Assembly (NCBI RefSeq): GCF_963921235.1
Contig: NC_086097.1
Location: forward strand, 120,654,001 to 120,718,000
DNA from: Mobula hypostoma
Taxonomy: Eukaryota
Direction of reading: 5' to 3'
DNA: 64,000 bases
Shown: positions 1 to 11,844 of the stretch, one piece after another
Layout: every line of letters starts with the position of its first letter
How positions within the stretch are numbered: position 1 is the first letter of the stretch
The notes under the pieces: model-generated
Told to the model about the DNA's origin: nothing
Databases searched by the model: none
The model's input: only the letters and a program-made list of their open reading frames with translations
Translations under genes and position numbers: made by a program

Positions 1-2
1 GT

Positions 3-1133
3 AGTGAGATAAGAGGTAGTGAGGGAGCTGGGACGGACGTAGCAGTAGCCAGGAAAGAATTTGTGCAGACGCAGGAGCGAGACGAGGGGCTGATGGTTTT
101 GGCCGAGACCGCTCTCTCTGACACAGCCTTGACAAGCTATTGTGCGGATAAGGAGGTGCTAAGGAAGAAAGGGAAATCAAGTACAGCATCCGCAGATGAG
201 GAGTGGGGGGTGGTGCAAAAGAGTTATGGGGATGAGGTTTTTAACATGGCCCACGAGGTACCCCCCGGTGGACATTTTGCGGTGCTGGAGGAAACAGTTG
301 GTGGAATCATGAAAGAGAGTTACCGGCTGCCCAGGGGGAAAAATGTTATTGATCATGACCGACGCGAACTGAGACGGTCACCGGCTTTTGATATGCTAAC
401 AAACCTAGTCGGTGTTAGCGTGGAAATCAATGAAGCTAGGGGCCCCTTGATAAGAGGAAAAAACCATTTTGAAAAGATTAGGATGGGATCGGTCAGATGG
501 GAGAAGGCTATTGTTTTGGCCAGGTCTACTGATAAGGTCTCTCCCTTAATCCCCGAAGGAGTAATTAAACGACTCGCACCCATGTGTTTGATTGTCCCGA
601 GGAAATGCAAAGAACTGGGACGTTGGGTTATGTCGGTTACAATAGGGCGGCCAAGTAAACAACACCCATATTTTTTGAGTAATTCAGTGACTAAAGGGCT
701 GATGAACACAGAGGTGTGTATTGGCAATTTAACACGGCTGTCTGAAGCCACCTTGATAGTGAACCTTGGAAAAAATGAATTCGGCCACACGAATGTCACT
801 TACCTGGGAATTGTGGTGACACAGGGGCAGCTGGCAGTGATGCAAGCTACAGTGCAGGCTATCGCTGACCTCCCAACCCCGACATACAAGAGGGCCCTCA
901 GAAGGCTTTTGGAGATGGTGGGGTACTGCAGGAAGTTTTGCAATAACTCTGCGGTCAATACCCGTCCCCCTCCTACTAAGCCCTTGCGAGGGAAAATTGA
1001 GTCGGAATGGGACGACCCTTGTTGTTGTGGTCCGGGACAAAACCAAATGAGAGGTTACATTGGTCGCAATTCATCAGTGTTTTTGGCCACTATGAAGTTT
1101 GCTGAGTTGGAGCCTGGTCTAAGGGATTATTAA
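3..1133 (+). CDS. Open pol-derived mosaic ORF: integrase Zn-finger remnant followed by RT C-terminal/RNase H-linker remnant; open to the window edge
   Basis: AHEVPPGGHF..ET resembles the integrase H2C2 N-terminal motif (AHxxPxxGHLG). LIVNLGKNEFGHTNVTYLGIVV..VQAIADLPTP..LRRLLEMVGYCRKFC resembles the Gypsy RT C-terminus. No stop codon from base 3 to TAA at 1131-1133. No YxDD or DDE motif is visible. Confidence 0.75.
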   Translation, partial: SEIRGSEGAGTDVAVARKEFVQTQERDEGLMVLAETALSDTALTSYCADKEVLRKKGKSSTASADEEWGVVQKSYGDEVFNMAHEVPPGGHFAVLEETVGGIMKESYRLPRGKNVIDHDRRELRRSPAFDMLTNLVGVSVEINEARGPLIRGKNHFEKIRMGSVRWEKAIVLARSTDKVSPLIPEGVIKRLAPMCLIVPRKCKELGRWVMSVTIGRPSKQHPYFLSNSVTKGLMNTEVCIGNLTRLSEATLIVNLGKNEFGHTNVTYLGIVVTQGQLAVMQATVQAIADLPTPTYKRALRRLLEMVGYCRKFCNNSAVNTRPPPTKPLRGKIESEWDDPCCCGPGQNQMRGYIGRNSSVFLATMKFAELEPGLRDY

Positions 1134-1305
1134 TAACACGTGTAAAAGGAACAGAAAATGTGATGACTGTCTGTCAAGGTATTGACAGCTTCAAATTCTC
1201 TGTATTAGCTAAATAACTGTTAAAGATGTATATTGTGTATGTATCAGATAATGTAGTCATGTTTGTAATTTTTACCTCCCGGTAAAAATCCTTAAAGGGG
1301 GGGAG

Positions 1306-2185
1306 TGTTACGAGAATACACATAAAATTAAGATGTTTGCTGGCCTGGGCTAGCATCAGTGGCATCAGCAGTTGGTCTGCCACCTGCCCTCAGGGGAAGG
1401 AGAGATAAGGAACAATGGAGCAGCGTCTGGAGATGTGTAATGAAGGGATGTGGGAGGAAGAGCTGTCTGGAGCGGCTCCCCCCTTTGAACCCTGAACTGT
1501 TTGAAGTGATGGACAGGCGATACCCCAGCAGGAGGATAAAAAGGGACAGGTTCGCTAAGACAGACACACACGCCACCCGAGGTAACGAGACCCTGGAAGC
1601 GGTGCGCTTCTCACGAGTGGGTGGGAAGTCCCAGACAACGACAAGGGTGGAAAGGTACGATCAGCGGGAACCCGGTGTGTGTCCGCCCTTGCCTGGGTGC
1701 CGGGTTCACTGCAGAGGATCGACCGCATCTGGAGGAGGGGTCACAGTCGGTGACCTCAGGTGACATCACCAAGGACCTGCCCAAAAGCTGTTTGTGAGCC
1801 ATCTCGCTGGTCTGTGAGCCATCCTGCTGGTCTGTGAGTGAAGCCGTTCTGAATGATGAGTTGTTCCTATTCTATCTCTCTCTTCCCCCACGTTGTCCAT
1901 CGCCATGGCAACGATTACTGCGAACTGAACTACAAACTGGACTGAACTTTGGGTCATTTTGAAATTGGTCATTTAACCCCTAGACAACGATAGAGCTTGA
2001 TTGATGCTGTTCTCTTAATTCTGTGCACATGTGTGATTATCATTGTTGAATTGTTGCATTTATTATCCTTTCGATTACTGTGTTGCTTGTTTCTTTAATA
2101 AAACTTTCTTAGTTCTAGTACTCCAGACTCCAACTGAGTGATCCATTTCTGCTGGTTTGGCAACCCAGTTACGGGGTACGTAACA
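1306..2185 (+). repeat. 3' LTR (880 bp)
   Basis: 7-bp terminal inverted repeats TGTTACG...CGTAACA; AATAAA at 2097-2102; preceded by the PPT; CpG-rich; short internal tandem duplication at ~1793-1840. Confidence 0.9.
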
Positions 2186-2189
2186 ATAT

Positions 2190-3500
2190 ATTGAATAGAT
2201 TAAAATCGTATATTGAAAAAGTGAGGTGGTGTTCAGAGGTTCAACGTCCACTTAGGAAATGGATGGCAGAGGGGAAGAAGCTGTTGCTGAATCGCTGAGT
2301 GTGTGCCTTCAGGCTCCTGTACCTCCTACCTTACAGTAACAGTGAGAAAAGAGCATGCTCTGGGTGCTGGAGGTCTGTAATAATGGACGCTGCTTTCTGA
2401 GACACCACACCTTGAAAATGTCTTGGGTACTTTGTAGGCTAGTACCCAAGATGGAGCCAACTAAATTGACAACCCTCTGCATCTGCTTGCGGTCCTGTGC
2501 AGTAACCTCCCCATTCCAGACAGTGATGCAGCCTTTCAAAATACTCTCCATGGTACATACATAGAAGTTTTTGAGTGTATTTGTTGACATACCAAATCTC
2601 TTCTAAATAAAGTATAGTTGCTGTCTTGCCTTCTTTATAACTGCATCAATATATTGGGACCAGGTTAGGTCCTCAGAGATCTTGACACCCAGGAACTTGA
2701 AACTGCTCACTCTCTCCACTTCTGATCCCTCTATGAGGATTAGTGTGTATTCTTTCGTTTTACCCTTCCTGAAGTCCACAATCAGCTTTTTCATCTTACT
2801 GACATTGAGTGCAAGATTGTTACAGTGACACCACTCCACTAGTTGTCATATCTCGCTCCTGTACACCCTCTCATCTCCATCTGAGATTCTACCAACAATG
2901 ATTTTATCATCAGCAAATTTATGGATGGTATTTGAGCTATGCCTAGCCACACAGTCGTGGATATAGAGAGAGTAGAGCACAGGGCTAAGCACACACTGCT
3001 GAGGTGCATCGGTGTTGATCATCAACAAGGAGGAGATATTATCAACAATCCGTACAGATTGTGGTCTTCCGGTTAGGAAGTCGAGGATCCAATTGCAGAG
3101 GGAGGTACAGAGGCCCAGGTTCTGTAACTTCTCAGTCAGGATTGTGGGAATAATGGTGTTAAATGCTGAGCTATAGTCGATGAACAGCATCCTGACATAG
3201 GTGCTTGTATTGCTATAAGGGCACATGAAGAGCCATTGAGGTTGCATCTGCTGTTGACCTATTGTGGCGATAGGCAAATTGCAATGGGTCCAGGTCCTTG
3301 CTGAGGCAGGAGTTCAGTCTAGTCATGACCACCCTCTCAAAGTATTTCCTCACTGTTGATGTGCGTGCTACCAGGCAATAGTCATTAAGGCAACTCTTCT
3401 TAGGTACTGGTATAATTGTTGCTTTTTTGAAGCAAGTGGGAACTTCTGCCCATAGCAGTGAGAGGTTGAAAATGTTCTTGAATACTTCTGCCAGTTGGTT
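2190..3500 (-). mobile_element. Rex1/Babar-type LINE, 5'-truncated, frameshifted RT
   Basis: Minus-strand peptides [73 protein letters not shown]. Confidence 0.9.
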
Positions 3501-4048
3501 AGTACAAGTATACCCAAAAGACTTGGCTTTCACAGCCATGAGCTCCACAGATTCACTGCCCTCTTGTCAAAGAATTTCCTCCTCATTTCTGTTCTAAGTG
3601 GATGTCCTTCTATTCTGATGCTATGCACTATAGCTCTAGACATGAAGGGCTTTGCCACACACTATCACACAGAGGAATGATTGTTATAGAAACTGCTCCA
3701 CATGCAAACGTCTGCATGGATCAAGATAATGGTCTGTCCATGGCCAGTCATTAAAGGAACAAAACCCTCTTATGTCAGAGTTGGCATTTTGCATCTACAA
3801 AATAACATGAGTGCAATCAAAAACACCTACATCAATGTGAAGTCTGCACATCACAGCCTCATTATGTATTCTGTCTACTTCTTTCCAGAAAATGGGAAAA
3901 TGACAATAGAAGAAACAATGAGGAGTTGATGGCCATGTGACAGAGAATAGGTCGTTGGGAAATCGGTGCTGGTATGAGATTGGTAAACTTTTTCTGGAAG
4001 TTGATATAATTGGCTATCCATTGTATCTAATGATTAATTTTTTGAAAT

Positions 4049-4590
4049 GTGTCTGGGAGAGTTTTTAAAGTGGAAAAGCTGTTGCATTGGTGCAGTTCCT
4101 CTCTCTCGACCTCAAAATTCAGGTCCAGTACTATGTATCGTTGTCACAACTGGGAGTCTTCTGTGGTGGATAACGGTAACTTATTCTGTGCCTTGTCATG
4201 CCTTTTGCTCTCAATGAAGAGATGCAGAACAACCTTCTTGACATGTTGGACCTCACAGTTGATCTTATCCTCCAAGTCTACTGGAGATGACTTTGCACAA
4301 TGGAGGGATATGGACATTGTATAGGTAGGAGGGATTAGTTTTTGGTTTTTTTAAATTTCCTTTTTGCTGGTTTGGTACAGCGATGTGGGCCAAAGTGCCT
4401 GATCCTGTGCTGTACTGTTCTATGTTGTTCATGCCTCAACCTCACTGGCGTGTGAGGCCCGTCAGCTACCCTTATCTGGTTTAGCCGCCTGTTGAAGCTG
4501 CGTACCAGGAAGTGGCTACTGTTCCTGCCCACTGCTACTTGGAGCCGCGGGTGAGAGTTGAATGTCCGATGGCAACCAAAGTTGAGTAAT
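4049..4590 (-). mobile_element. Non-coding interspersed repeat (probably RTE-related SINE), interrupted by a CR1 3' tail at ~4300-4430
   Basis: Aligns by eye, in reverse orientation, with 54057-54500 (e.g. GTGTCTGGGAGAGTTTTTAAAGTGGAAAAG vs the reverse complement of CTTCCACTTTAATAATTTCCCACACAC). Confidence 0.55.
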
Positions 4591-5954
4591 CGGTTACGGC
4601 TTCTAGATTAGAGTCATTCTTCCCCTCCTCAAGCAATTAATTATCTGCACAATCAAATGGAAGGCATTTCTGAGACCAACTGCTTTGTAACTTTGAAGTC
4701 AAATTGTGACAAGTACCAAATCTAATAAAAGTTTTAGCAATAGCATTAGAAATCAATTGTCAACTGAAATACTGTATATGCCATTATTGATCTTTTGAAG
4801 TAGTGCAGAGTGATAGTTCCTCATCCTGCTTAATGTGTCTTCAACGAAAGTGACTAAGGTATAAAGAGAAGTACTGAGCTCTAGAATGGTAGCACTGTTG
4901 TCCGATCTAGACTGACTGGCAGAATGATCTGTCTGCTTCCAATGGATAGTAAGTACAAGCAAAATGGCTGATTCATTGCATGCTTAATGTGTGTACACAC
5001 ATGCTTTGTATGGAAAGTAACTGGAGACAACTGTTTCATCCAACCTGTCTTGATCAAACACCTAACTTCAAGCAATTTTAACACCTCCGCATGCTATACA
5101 AAGATTGTTTCAAACAGAAGAACCTAGCAAGGCATAGTCTTCAGCTATGGGTGGCATTTTCAGTTGGAATCCCAATTTAATTCAGCTTCACGCCTTTCCT
5201 TACATCTTGCTATCACTGTGCAAAGCTGAGCCCAATGAAAAGGGGCAATTGTTTGGAAGCCAACCAGTAGGATGCATTTCTGATGGCGGTGGATGCAGGG
5301 TGGGTACACTACCTCTCTGAGCAGAAGCCAAGACTTAACTTGAGGGGACCAAAGAAGCACACCTGATTTCCTTCTGGGAGCTCTTTAGTCCCTACCCCAA
5401 CTTCGAACATGATAAAAAGAAGTTTGTTAACTTTGTGGGAACCTGATATATTTCTGCAAATCAGCATTCTCAGCAGGTCTTTAACATTTTAACCTCTGAA
5501 GTTCATTAAAAGGTACACAGACCAACAATACAAAAGACACATGCAAAGTTCAAACAAGATGTGTCTTGGTTATTCAAGAGTTTTACTCAGACTGCATCCA
5601 GACCATAATAAGCACATAATATAGCATATCATCAGTGCTAACACATATATTTCTAGTACAAAACCATCAATTTGAATTAAGTGAGTACCTTATGTAGTTG
5701 ACATTTTATTAAAGACTACCGATGCTTTTCCACACAAATTTTCCAGATGGAAATATCAGATAGTATTGCTACTGATGGATTAAAGTGATGCTGTCGACTA
5801 GAGCAACAAACAACATGCTGAGAAAAAAATGCATGCTGCTCGATCCACTGAATTCCTCCAGTGAATAATCTCTCAAAATTCTGGTATCTGCAATCTCACT
5901 TGTCTCCAATGTTGTTAGCTAGTTGGATTCAAGCATATTAACTATAAAGCCAGG

Positions 5955-8635
5955 TTCATAAAGGCCTTGATAGCATAGATATGGAGAGGATGTTTCCTAT
6001 AGTAGGGGAGCCTAGGACCAAAGGACACAGCCTCAGAATATGAGGGCATCCCTTTAGAACAGAGGAGAAAGAGAATTTCTTAGACATCATCTCCCTGCTG
6101 TGTGTCGAGGCGAAGATCTTCTTCAGTGCAGTTTCCAACCGGTTGTGCACCTACCTAGCAAAGAACACCTATATTGATACATCAGTCCAGAAGGGTGGCA
6201 TTTCAGGGATGCCGGGCTGTCTGGAGCACATCGGTGTGGTGACACAGCTCATCAGGGAGGCCAGAGAGAGCAAGGGTAACCTGTCAGTATTGTGGCTCAA
6301 CCTGGCAAATGCATATGGCTCCACTCCGCAGAAGCTGGTGCAGCTCACACTGATCAAATATCACGTCCCCAGCAGAATCAGAGACCTTATCGCTGATTAT
6401 TACAGCAACTTCAGGATGAGGGTCTCTTCAGGAGCAATTACATCAACCTGGCGGAGGTCGGCATCATCACAGGGTGCACTATCTCAGTGACACTGTTCTC
6501 CCTAGCCATGAACATGCTCACTAAGTCTGCTGAACCAGAGTGCAGAGGGCCCAGAATGAATTCCGCTCAACGGCAACCACCTATCAGGGCATTCATGGAT
6601 GACCTCACAGTCACCACAGAATCAGTCCCAGGCTGCCGGAGGATTCTGCAAGGGCTCGAAAAGCTGGTGGAGTGGGCCCAGATGCGTTTCAAATCAAATC
6701 AAGATCGATGGTGCTGAGGAAAGGGAAGGTGGAGAACAAGTTCCGGTTCAACATCGCAGGCACAGCCATCCCAACCATCACAGAAAAACCAGTCAAGAGC
6801 TTAGGCAAAGTTTTTGACAGCTCTTTAAGGGACACAACATCCATTCAGGCAACCTGCACCAAGTTGGATGGCTGGCTGAAATCTGTGGACAAATCTGGCC
6901 TACTTGGGAAGTTTAAAGCCTGGGTGTATCAGCATGGCATTCTTCCCAGAATCCTGTGGCCCCTCCTCGTCTATGGAGTTCCGATCTCGACAGTCGAAAC
7001 CTTAGAGAGGAGGGTTAGCAACCACCTCAGGAGATGGCTGGGGCTGCCAAAGAGCCTAAGCAGCATCGCACTCTATGGACACCACAACAAACTGCAACTG
7101 CCCTTCAAATCCTTGGACGAAGAATTCAAGGTAACAAGAACCAGAGAAGTGCTACAGTATAGAGACTCAAGTGACCCGAATGTGGCTAGAGCAGGGATCC
7201 AAGTAAGTACTGGCAGGAAGTGGAGGGCAGAGGAAGCTGTTCAGGAGGCAGAGGCGAGGCTGCGTCACAGGAGGCTGGTGGGAGTGGTCACACAGGCCGA
7301 GCTGGGCTAGGATCCTTTCCAACTCCCCAAATGGACACCAGAGGGAAGGAAAGGCGTCGTCTAGATCAGGAGAAGGTGAGAGCAGTAGTGGAGGAGATGA
7401 GAGCCTGCAAGGCGGTGGGAATGAAGCAACAGGGAGCTTGGACAAGATGGGAGAACGCGGTTGAGAGGAAAGTGACCTGGGCTGATCTTTGGAAAGCCGA
7501 ACCACACCGCATCCAATTTCTCATCCAGGCAGTGTACGATGTGCTTCCAAGCCCATCAAACCTGCACACATGGGGCAAGGCAGAGTCATCTGCGTGCCCA
7601 CTGTGCTCCAAGCGAGGAACCCTGGAGCACATCCTCAGCGGTTGTACAAGGGCACTTGGTGAGGGACAGTACAGATGGAGGCATGATCAGGTCCTGAAGA
7701 CCATCGCTGAAGCCGTCAGTGCAGGAGTTGAGTGGGCGAAGCGGTCCCGACCCTCCAAGCAGACCATTCCCTTTGTCAGAGCTGGGGAGCAGCCAATACC
7801 TGCCAAAAGGACATCTGCAGGCATTCTGACCTCTGCAAGGGACTGGCAGCTGTTGGTGGACCTCAAAGGGCAGCTGAAGTTCCCCAACCATATCGCAGCC
7901 ACCACCCTGCGACCAGACATTGTCCTAGTGTCTGAGTCTACTAAACAAGTGGTGCTGCTGGAGCTGACAGTCCCATGGGAAGATAGCTTGGATGAGGCCT
8001 TTGAAAGGAAGCTCTCCAAGTACGCAGGACTGGTCAGCAACTGTCAGCAGGCTGGATGGAGAGAGGTGTCTCCCAGTGGAGGCTGGGTGTAGGGGATTCA
8101 TAGCCCTTCTTTAGTTAGAGCCTTCAGTATTTTAGGCATCGAGGGAGAGAGGAAGAGGAGAGCCATCCGCAGTACAACCGATGCGGCAGAGAGGGCCTCA
8201 AGATGGCTGTGGCTCAAAAGAGGGGAGCCATGGAGTCATAAGTAGCTAGCCATCTGGACACAAGCTGGGGTCTGATCAGCCCCGGCTGGGTCACCTGGAG
8301 GAGGTTGTATGATGTTGAAAGACCCGAAACACCCGATGATTCCAGGAACATCACTGAAGATATGTCCAGAAGCATCAATAGATGTATGTACACAGCAGAC
8401 AGGGGTTGGTGAATCTGTGGAATCCATTGTGACAGATAGCTTGGTGAGGGGAAAGTCATTGGGTAGATGTAAATTGGAGGTTGATAGGATCTTGATTAGT
8501 AATAGTGTCAAACGGATAAGTAGAGTAGGCTGGAGAATGGGGTTGTAAGGGATGATAAATCAGCCTTGATGGAATGGCGGAGCAGACTTGATAAGCTGAA
8601 TGACCTAATTCTGTTCCTAAGTCTTATGATCTTCG
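5955..8635 (+). mobile_element. CR1 LINE 3' end (5955-6086 and 8397-8635), split by the HERO-like insertion
   Basis: CR1-type tail GGAGAGGATGTTTCC..CACAGCCTCAGAAT..AATTTCTTAGACA resumes as AGACAGGGGTTGGTGAATCTGTGGAAT and ends in CCTAATTCTGTTCCTAAGTCTTATG. Confidence 0.8.
6087..8396 (+). mobile_element. HERO-like (R2 group) non-LTR retrotransposon with restriction-like endonuclease; 5'-truncated, frameshifted
   Basis: RT motifs QKGGISGMPGCLEH, LWLNLANAYGS, AFMDDL; CCHC CPLCSKRGTLEHILSGC; RHDQVL; PD-(D/E)xK-type RPDIVL..ELTVPWE..RKLSKY; flanked by AGACA at 6082-6086 and 8397-8401. Confidence 0.9.
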
Positions 8636-9868
8636 TAAAAATTAGACTTAGAGTACCTGAAATATTGACTCCTGGTTTAGGATGCAAATCTTCTTTCTCT
8701 TCTGTTTTTGAGTGGGCTGTTTGACTTCTTTGCTGAGAGGTAGCCCTCGATTATTCCTGAAGCTCTTAAAAAGTTTTGCATGTCTTTGAGTTAAAGGAAA
8801 TTTTGCATCAAGCAAACTTTATAATTGAGCTGGAATCTGAAAGTACTGTACCTGCTACAACTGCATTTAAAATTCAAAAGGAATAGGACCTATTAAGTAT
8901 GTCTTTTCTTTTTATTACTCACATCAGAACCTTTGCTTGCTGATATTAATATGCTTCTTTAGCTGTCTTTAAACTGTCCAAGAGCACACTTCACTATTCT
9001 CTGAAGAAGTTATTTATATCAAAATGACTGTCGTGCTTATATTTTCTGCATTAAGAGCCGCAAAAGCTGACTTCTAAAATTTTAATTTTATTACTTTGCA
9101 TTGATGTATGATTTTTTTTTCATTTTCCCGCAACTCATTTTGTCTTCTAATTGCATATTTTTCTACAGAAGCAGAGACTTCGATGACCCTTTTTTATGAG
9201 TTCAAGTTCTGTTATTAAAGTAAAAGCCAAAGCAAAGCTACAGCAAGGATTTCATATGAAGAGCCCAAATGTGAGTTACTACTTGAGCTCTTGCTCTATT
9301 TACAATAAATCTTTTGGTAAAGGGAGTTTTTTATTGTTAGATAAAGGCTTGCATTTACACAATGCCTTAGTATGCCAATCATAAAACTTTGCTTTTACAG
9401 AATTAAATAGGGAAACGTAGGAGACATTTTTACTTTCAGTGAGATCCCAGTCAGAGCAGTGAGATGAATGTGATTGCTTTTTTTGGTTTTATGAGACATT
9501 TCTGTTCTAAGAATGATATACGTTGAAAAATTGAACATTGTGAATTTAGAGCGAAATCTTGAAGAACAAGTTGATGTCAACAATTGCTATCAAAACTAAC
9601 CATGGACTTCCCTCCTTGTGACATTGCTTCAGCCGGAATATGGCTTGTTCTAATGGAAAATCTTCCAGGGAGTTTTGTGTCAACAACACAGTTTGACCAG
9701 AATCAAGGAGAGATGAGCAAATGAGAAAAATGTGACAGAGAGGAACAAGAGGAGCAGCGGCTGGTAGCAATGGTGTGTTTGGGGAGGGACAGGGTGCTGA
9801 AGGAAGGTGATACAAAAGGCACTATGGTTAAGAAAGAAATTTATCACTAACTAACAGCACGTATAAGA

Positions 9869-9890
9869 GGGAAAGAAAGAGAGAGGAGAG

Positions 9891-9925
<35 letters not shown>
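9869..9925 (+). repeat. (GA)n microsatellite
   Basis: Directly visible GAGAGA run. Confidence 0.95.
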
Positions 9926-9928
<3 letters not shown>

Positions 9929-9984
9929 TGATTGCTTGAAAAGAGTGTTACATTGATCATTGTATATTTCAATATGATCATTTA

Positions 9985-10435
9985 TTCCACCTTCTCCTTT
10001 CTCCCTTTTTATATTCCCCTTCTACCTTTTCTACCTCTTCTCTTCTCACCTGGCCATCACCTCCCTCTGATGCACTTTCTATTTTCCTTTCTCTCATGGG
10101 CCACTCTCCTCTCCTATTAGATTTCTTCTTCTTCAGCCTTGTACTTCTTCCGCCTATCACCTCCCAGCTTCTCACTTCATCCCCCCCAACACACCATCCA
10201 TCTACCTCCCCCTCACCTGGTCTCGCCTATCACCTGCCAGCTTCTACTTCTTCCCCTCTACCTAACTTCTTATTCTGGCTTCTGCCTCCTTCCTTTCCAG
10301 TCCCGTTGAAGGGTCTCGGCCCAAGACATCAGTTGTTTGTTCCTTTCTATAGATGCTGCCTGGTCTGTTGAGTTCCTCCAGCATTGTGTATGTGTTGCTC
10401 TGGATTTCCAGCATCTACAGAATCTCTTGTGTTTA
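9985..10435 (+). mobile_element. Penelope-like pseudo-LTR, decayed, with degenerate hammerhead motif at ~10299-10335
   Basis: Pyrimidine-rich tract, then CAGTCCCGTTGAAGGGTCTCGGCCCAAGACATCAGTTG and GATGCTGCCTGG..GAGTTCCTCCAGCA..TTCCAGCATCT; similar to 43200-43585. Confidence 0.8.
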
Positions 10436-11509
10436 TAATAGTTTATAATCCTGCTCAAATTCAGGGAGCATAACCTATTCTATTCAATTGATCGTCACAG
10501 GATAAAACTATCCCAGAAACCAGTCCAGTGAACTTTCCAATCTTACTTTCAAACCAAGTTCATGCCTCTCCAAAGGAGAACAAAAATCTACACAATGCAG
10601 CAGGTTGTTTCTTATTAAAGCTATATTTATTCATAACAAGAATTCCTTACATTTACATCCTATCCTCCTTATAATGAGGACCAACATTACATTTGTCTTT
10701 TTAATTACTTGCTGTAGTCATGTGTTAATTTTCCCACCCAGTTTGCTGAATGCAAATCATTTGACACTTTTGAAATGGATGATTTTACAAAGATCTTGAA
10801 ATGTTCACAAAAGGGGTTATATATGTGTAAGTAACATGCATAAATTGACATACATGGGTAGACTTTAAGCTTGAGCTTGGAAGCTAATAGTTTAAATGAG
10901 GCCGAGGTTTCTCATTCTCTCACAAGCCTGCAGAAGCCTGGTGCTGCCAGGTCCCTGATCTCAGTGTTCCAATGTATCGGTCACCTACGTCTGATTCAAT
11001 GGAGAACTCCAGTTAACTCAATATGTAAAGATTTCAGCAGGAGCTCATTGTATTTTTCCTGTGGAATTTCATGGTAATATTTGCATAAGATATAGGTCTT
11101 TACTTTTCGCAGGTCAGGACATGCTTCCCTCTCATTTTTGATTAATGTAATCATTACTTTGAATGTTGATGTTAATATTATCCCAGAACCTGCACTCACT
11201 AAATTTCCTGAATTGGGCAGAGATATTCAAAGCTTTGATACCGGACAAGTGGCCAAAACACAACTCCTATCATAGAAAATAGTGAAACTGAATTCAATGG
11301 AATTAAGAAGCTTGTGAGCTGTCACTATCGAACTTCCAGATTACAGTGAAAGTCCAACTGTTGCCAAGGACAATCAGGACAAACTAATGCTGGAGTCCAG
11401 GAGTTGGTTGAGTGGGAGGTAGGAACAGGGCTGATTTTGCTGTTATTGCTTTTTTGCTTGGTATTTCCTGCTTTGTGTTGTTCTGCCGAGCACTTGGGGC
11501 ATGCTATTT

Positions 11510-11835
11510 TTGGGGAAGGGAGGAGCTGGAAGGGGAAAGGAGGAAGGAGGAAAGGGGAGGAAGGAGAGACGGGGGAAAGAGGAAATGGGGAGGGGGTAAG
11601 GAAGAATAGGGAAGGGGAGGGGAAGGGGAAAGGGGTGGGGAAAGGGGAAAAGGGGAGGAGAATGGGGAAGGGGAAGGAGTGAAGGGGAAAGGGAAGAGAG
11701 GAGGAGGAAAGGGGAAGGTGAAAGAGGATGGGGAAGGGAGAAATGGGGAGGGGATGAAGAAAGGGGAGGGTAGTGGGAGGGGAAAGGGAGAAAGGGAGGA
11801 GCCTAAAAGTGTGGGGGGGGGAATGGGGAAGAGGG
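11510..11835 (+). repeat. Polypurine (G/A) low-complexity tract
   Basis: About 320 bp almost entirely G and A (GGGGAAAGGGAAG...). Confidence 0.9.
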
Positions 11836-11844
11836 AATGACAGC

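Larger units (their letters stand above)
1..2185 (+). mobile_element. Gypsy/Ty3 LTR retrotransposon, 3' part (Gmr1-like domain order), internally deleted; continues off the left edge
   Basis: Pol-derived ORF, then polypurine tract AAAGGGGGGGAG (1294-1305) directly abutting a TG...CA LTR (1306-2185). Confidence 0.9.

Noticed and set aside
8271..8335. CTGATCA...GAAA in the HERO 3' UTR as a hammerhead ribozyme
   Set aside because: The core does not match CUGANGA-stem II-GAAA-stem III-NUH; kept only as a structured-RNA candidate.
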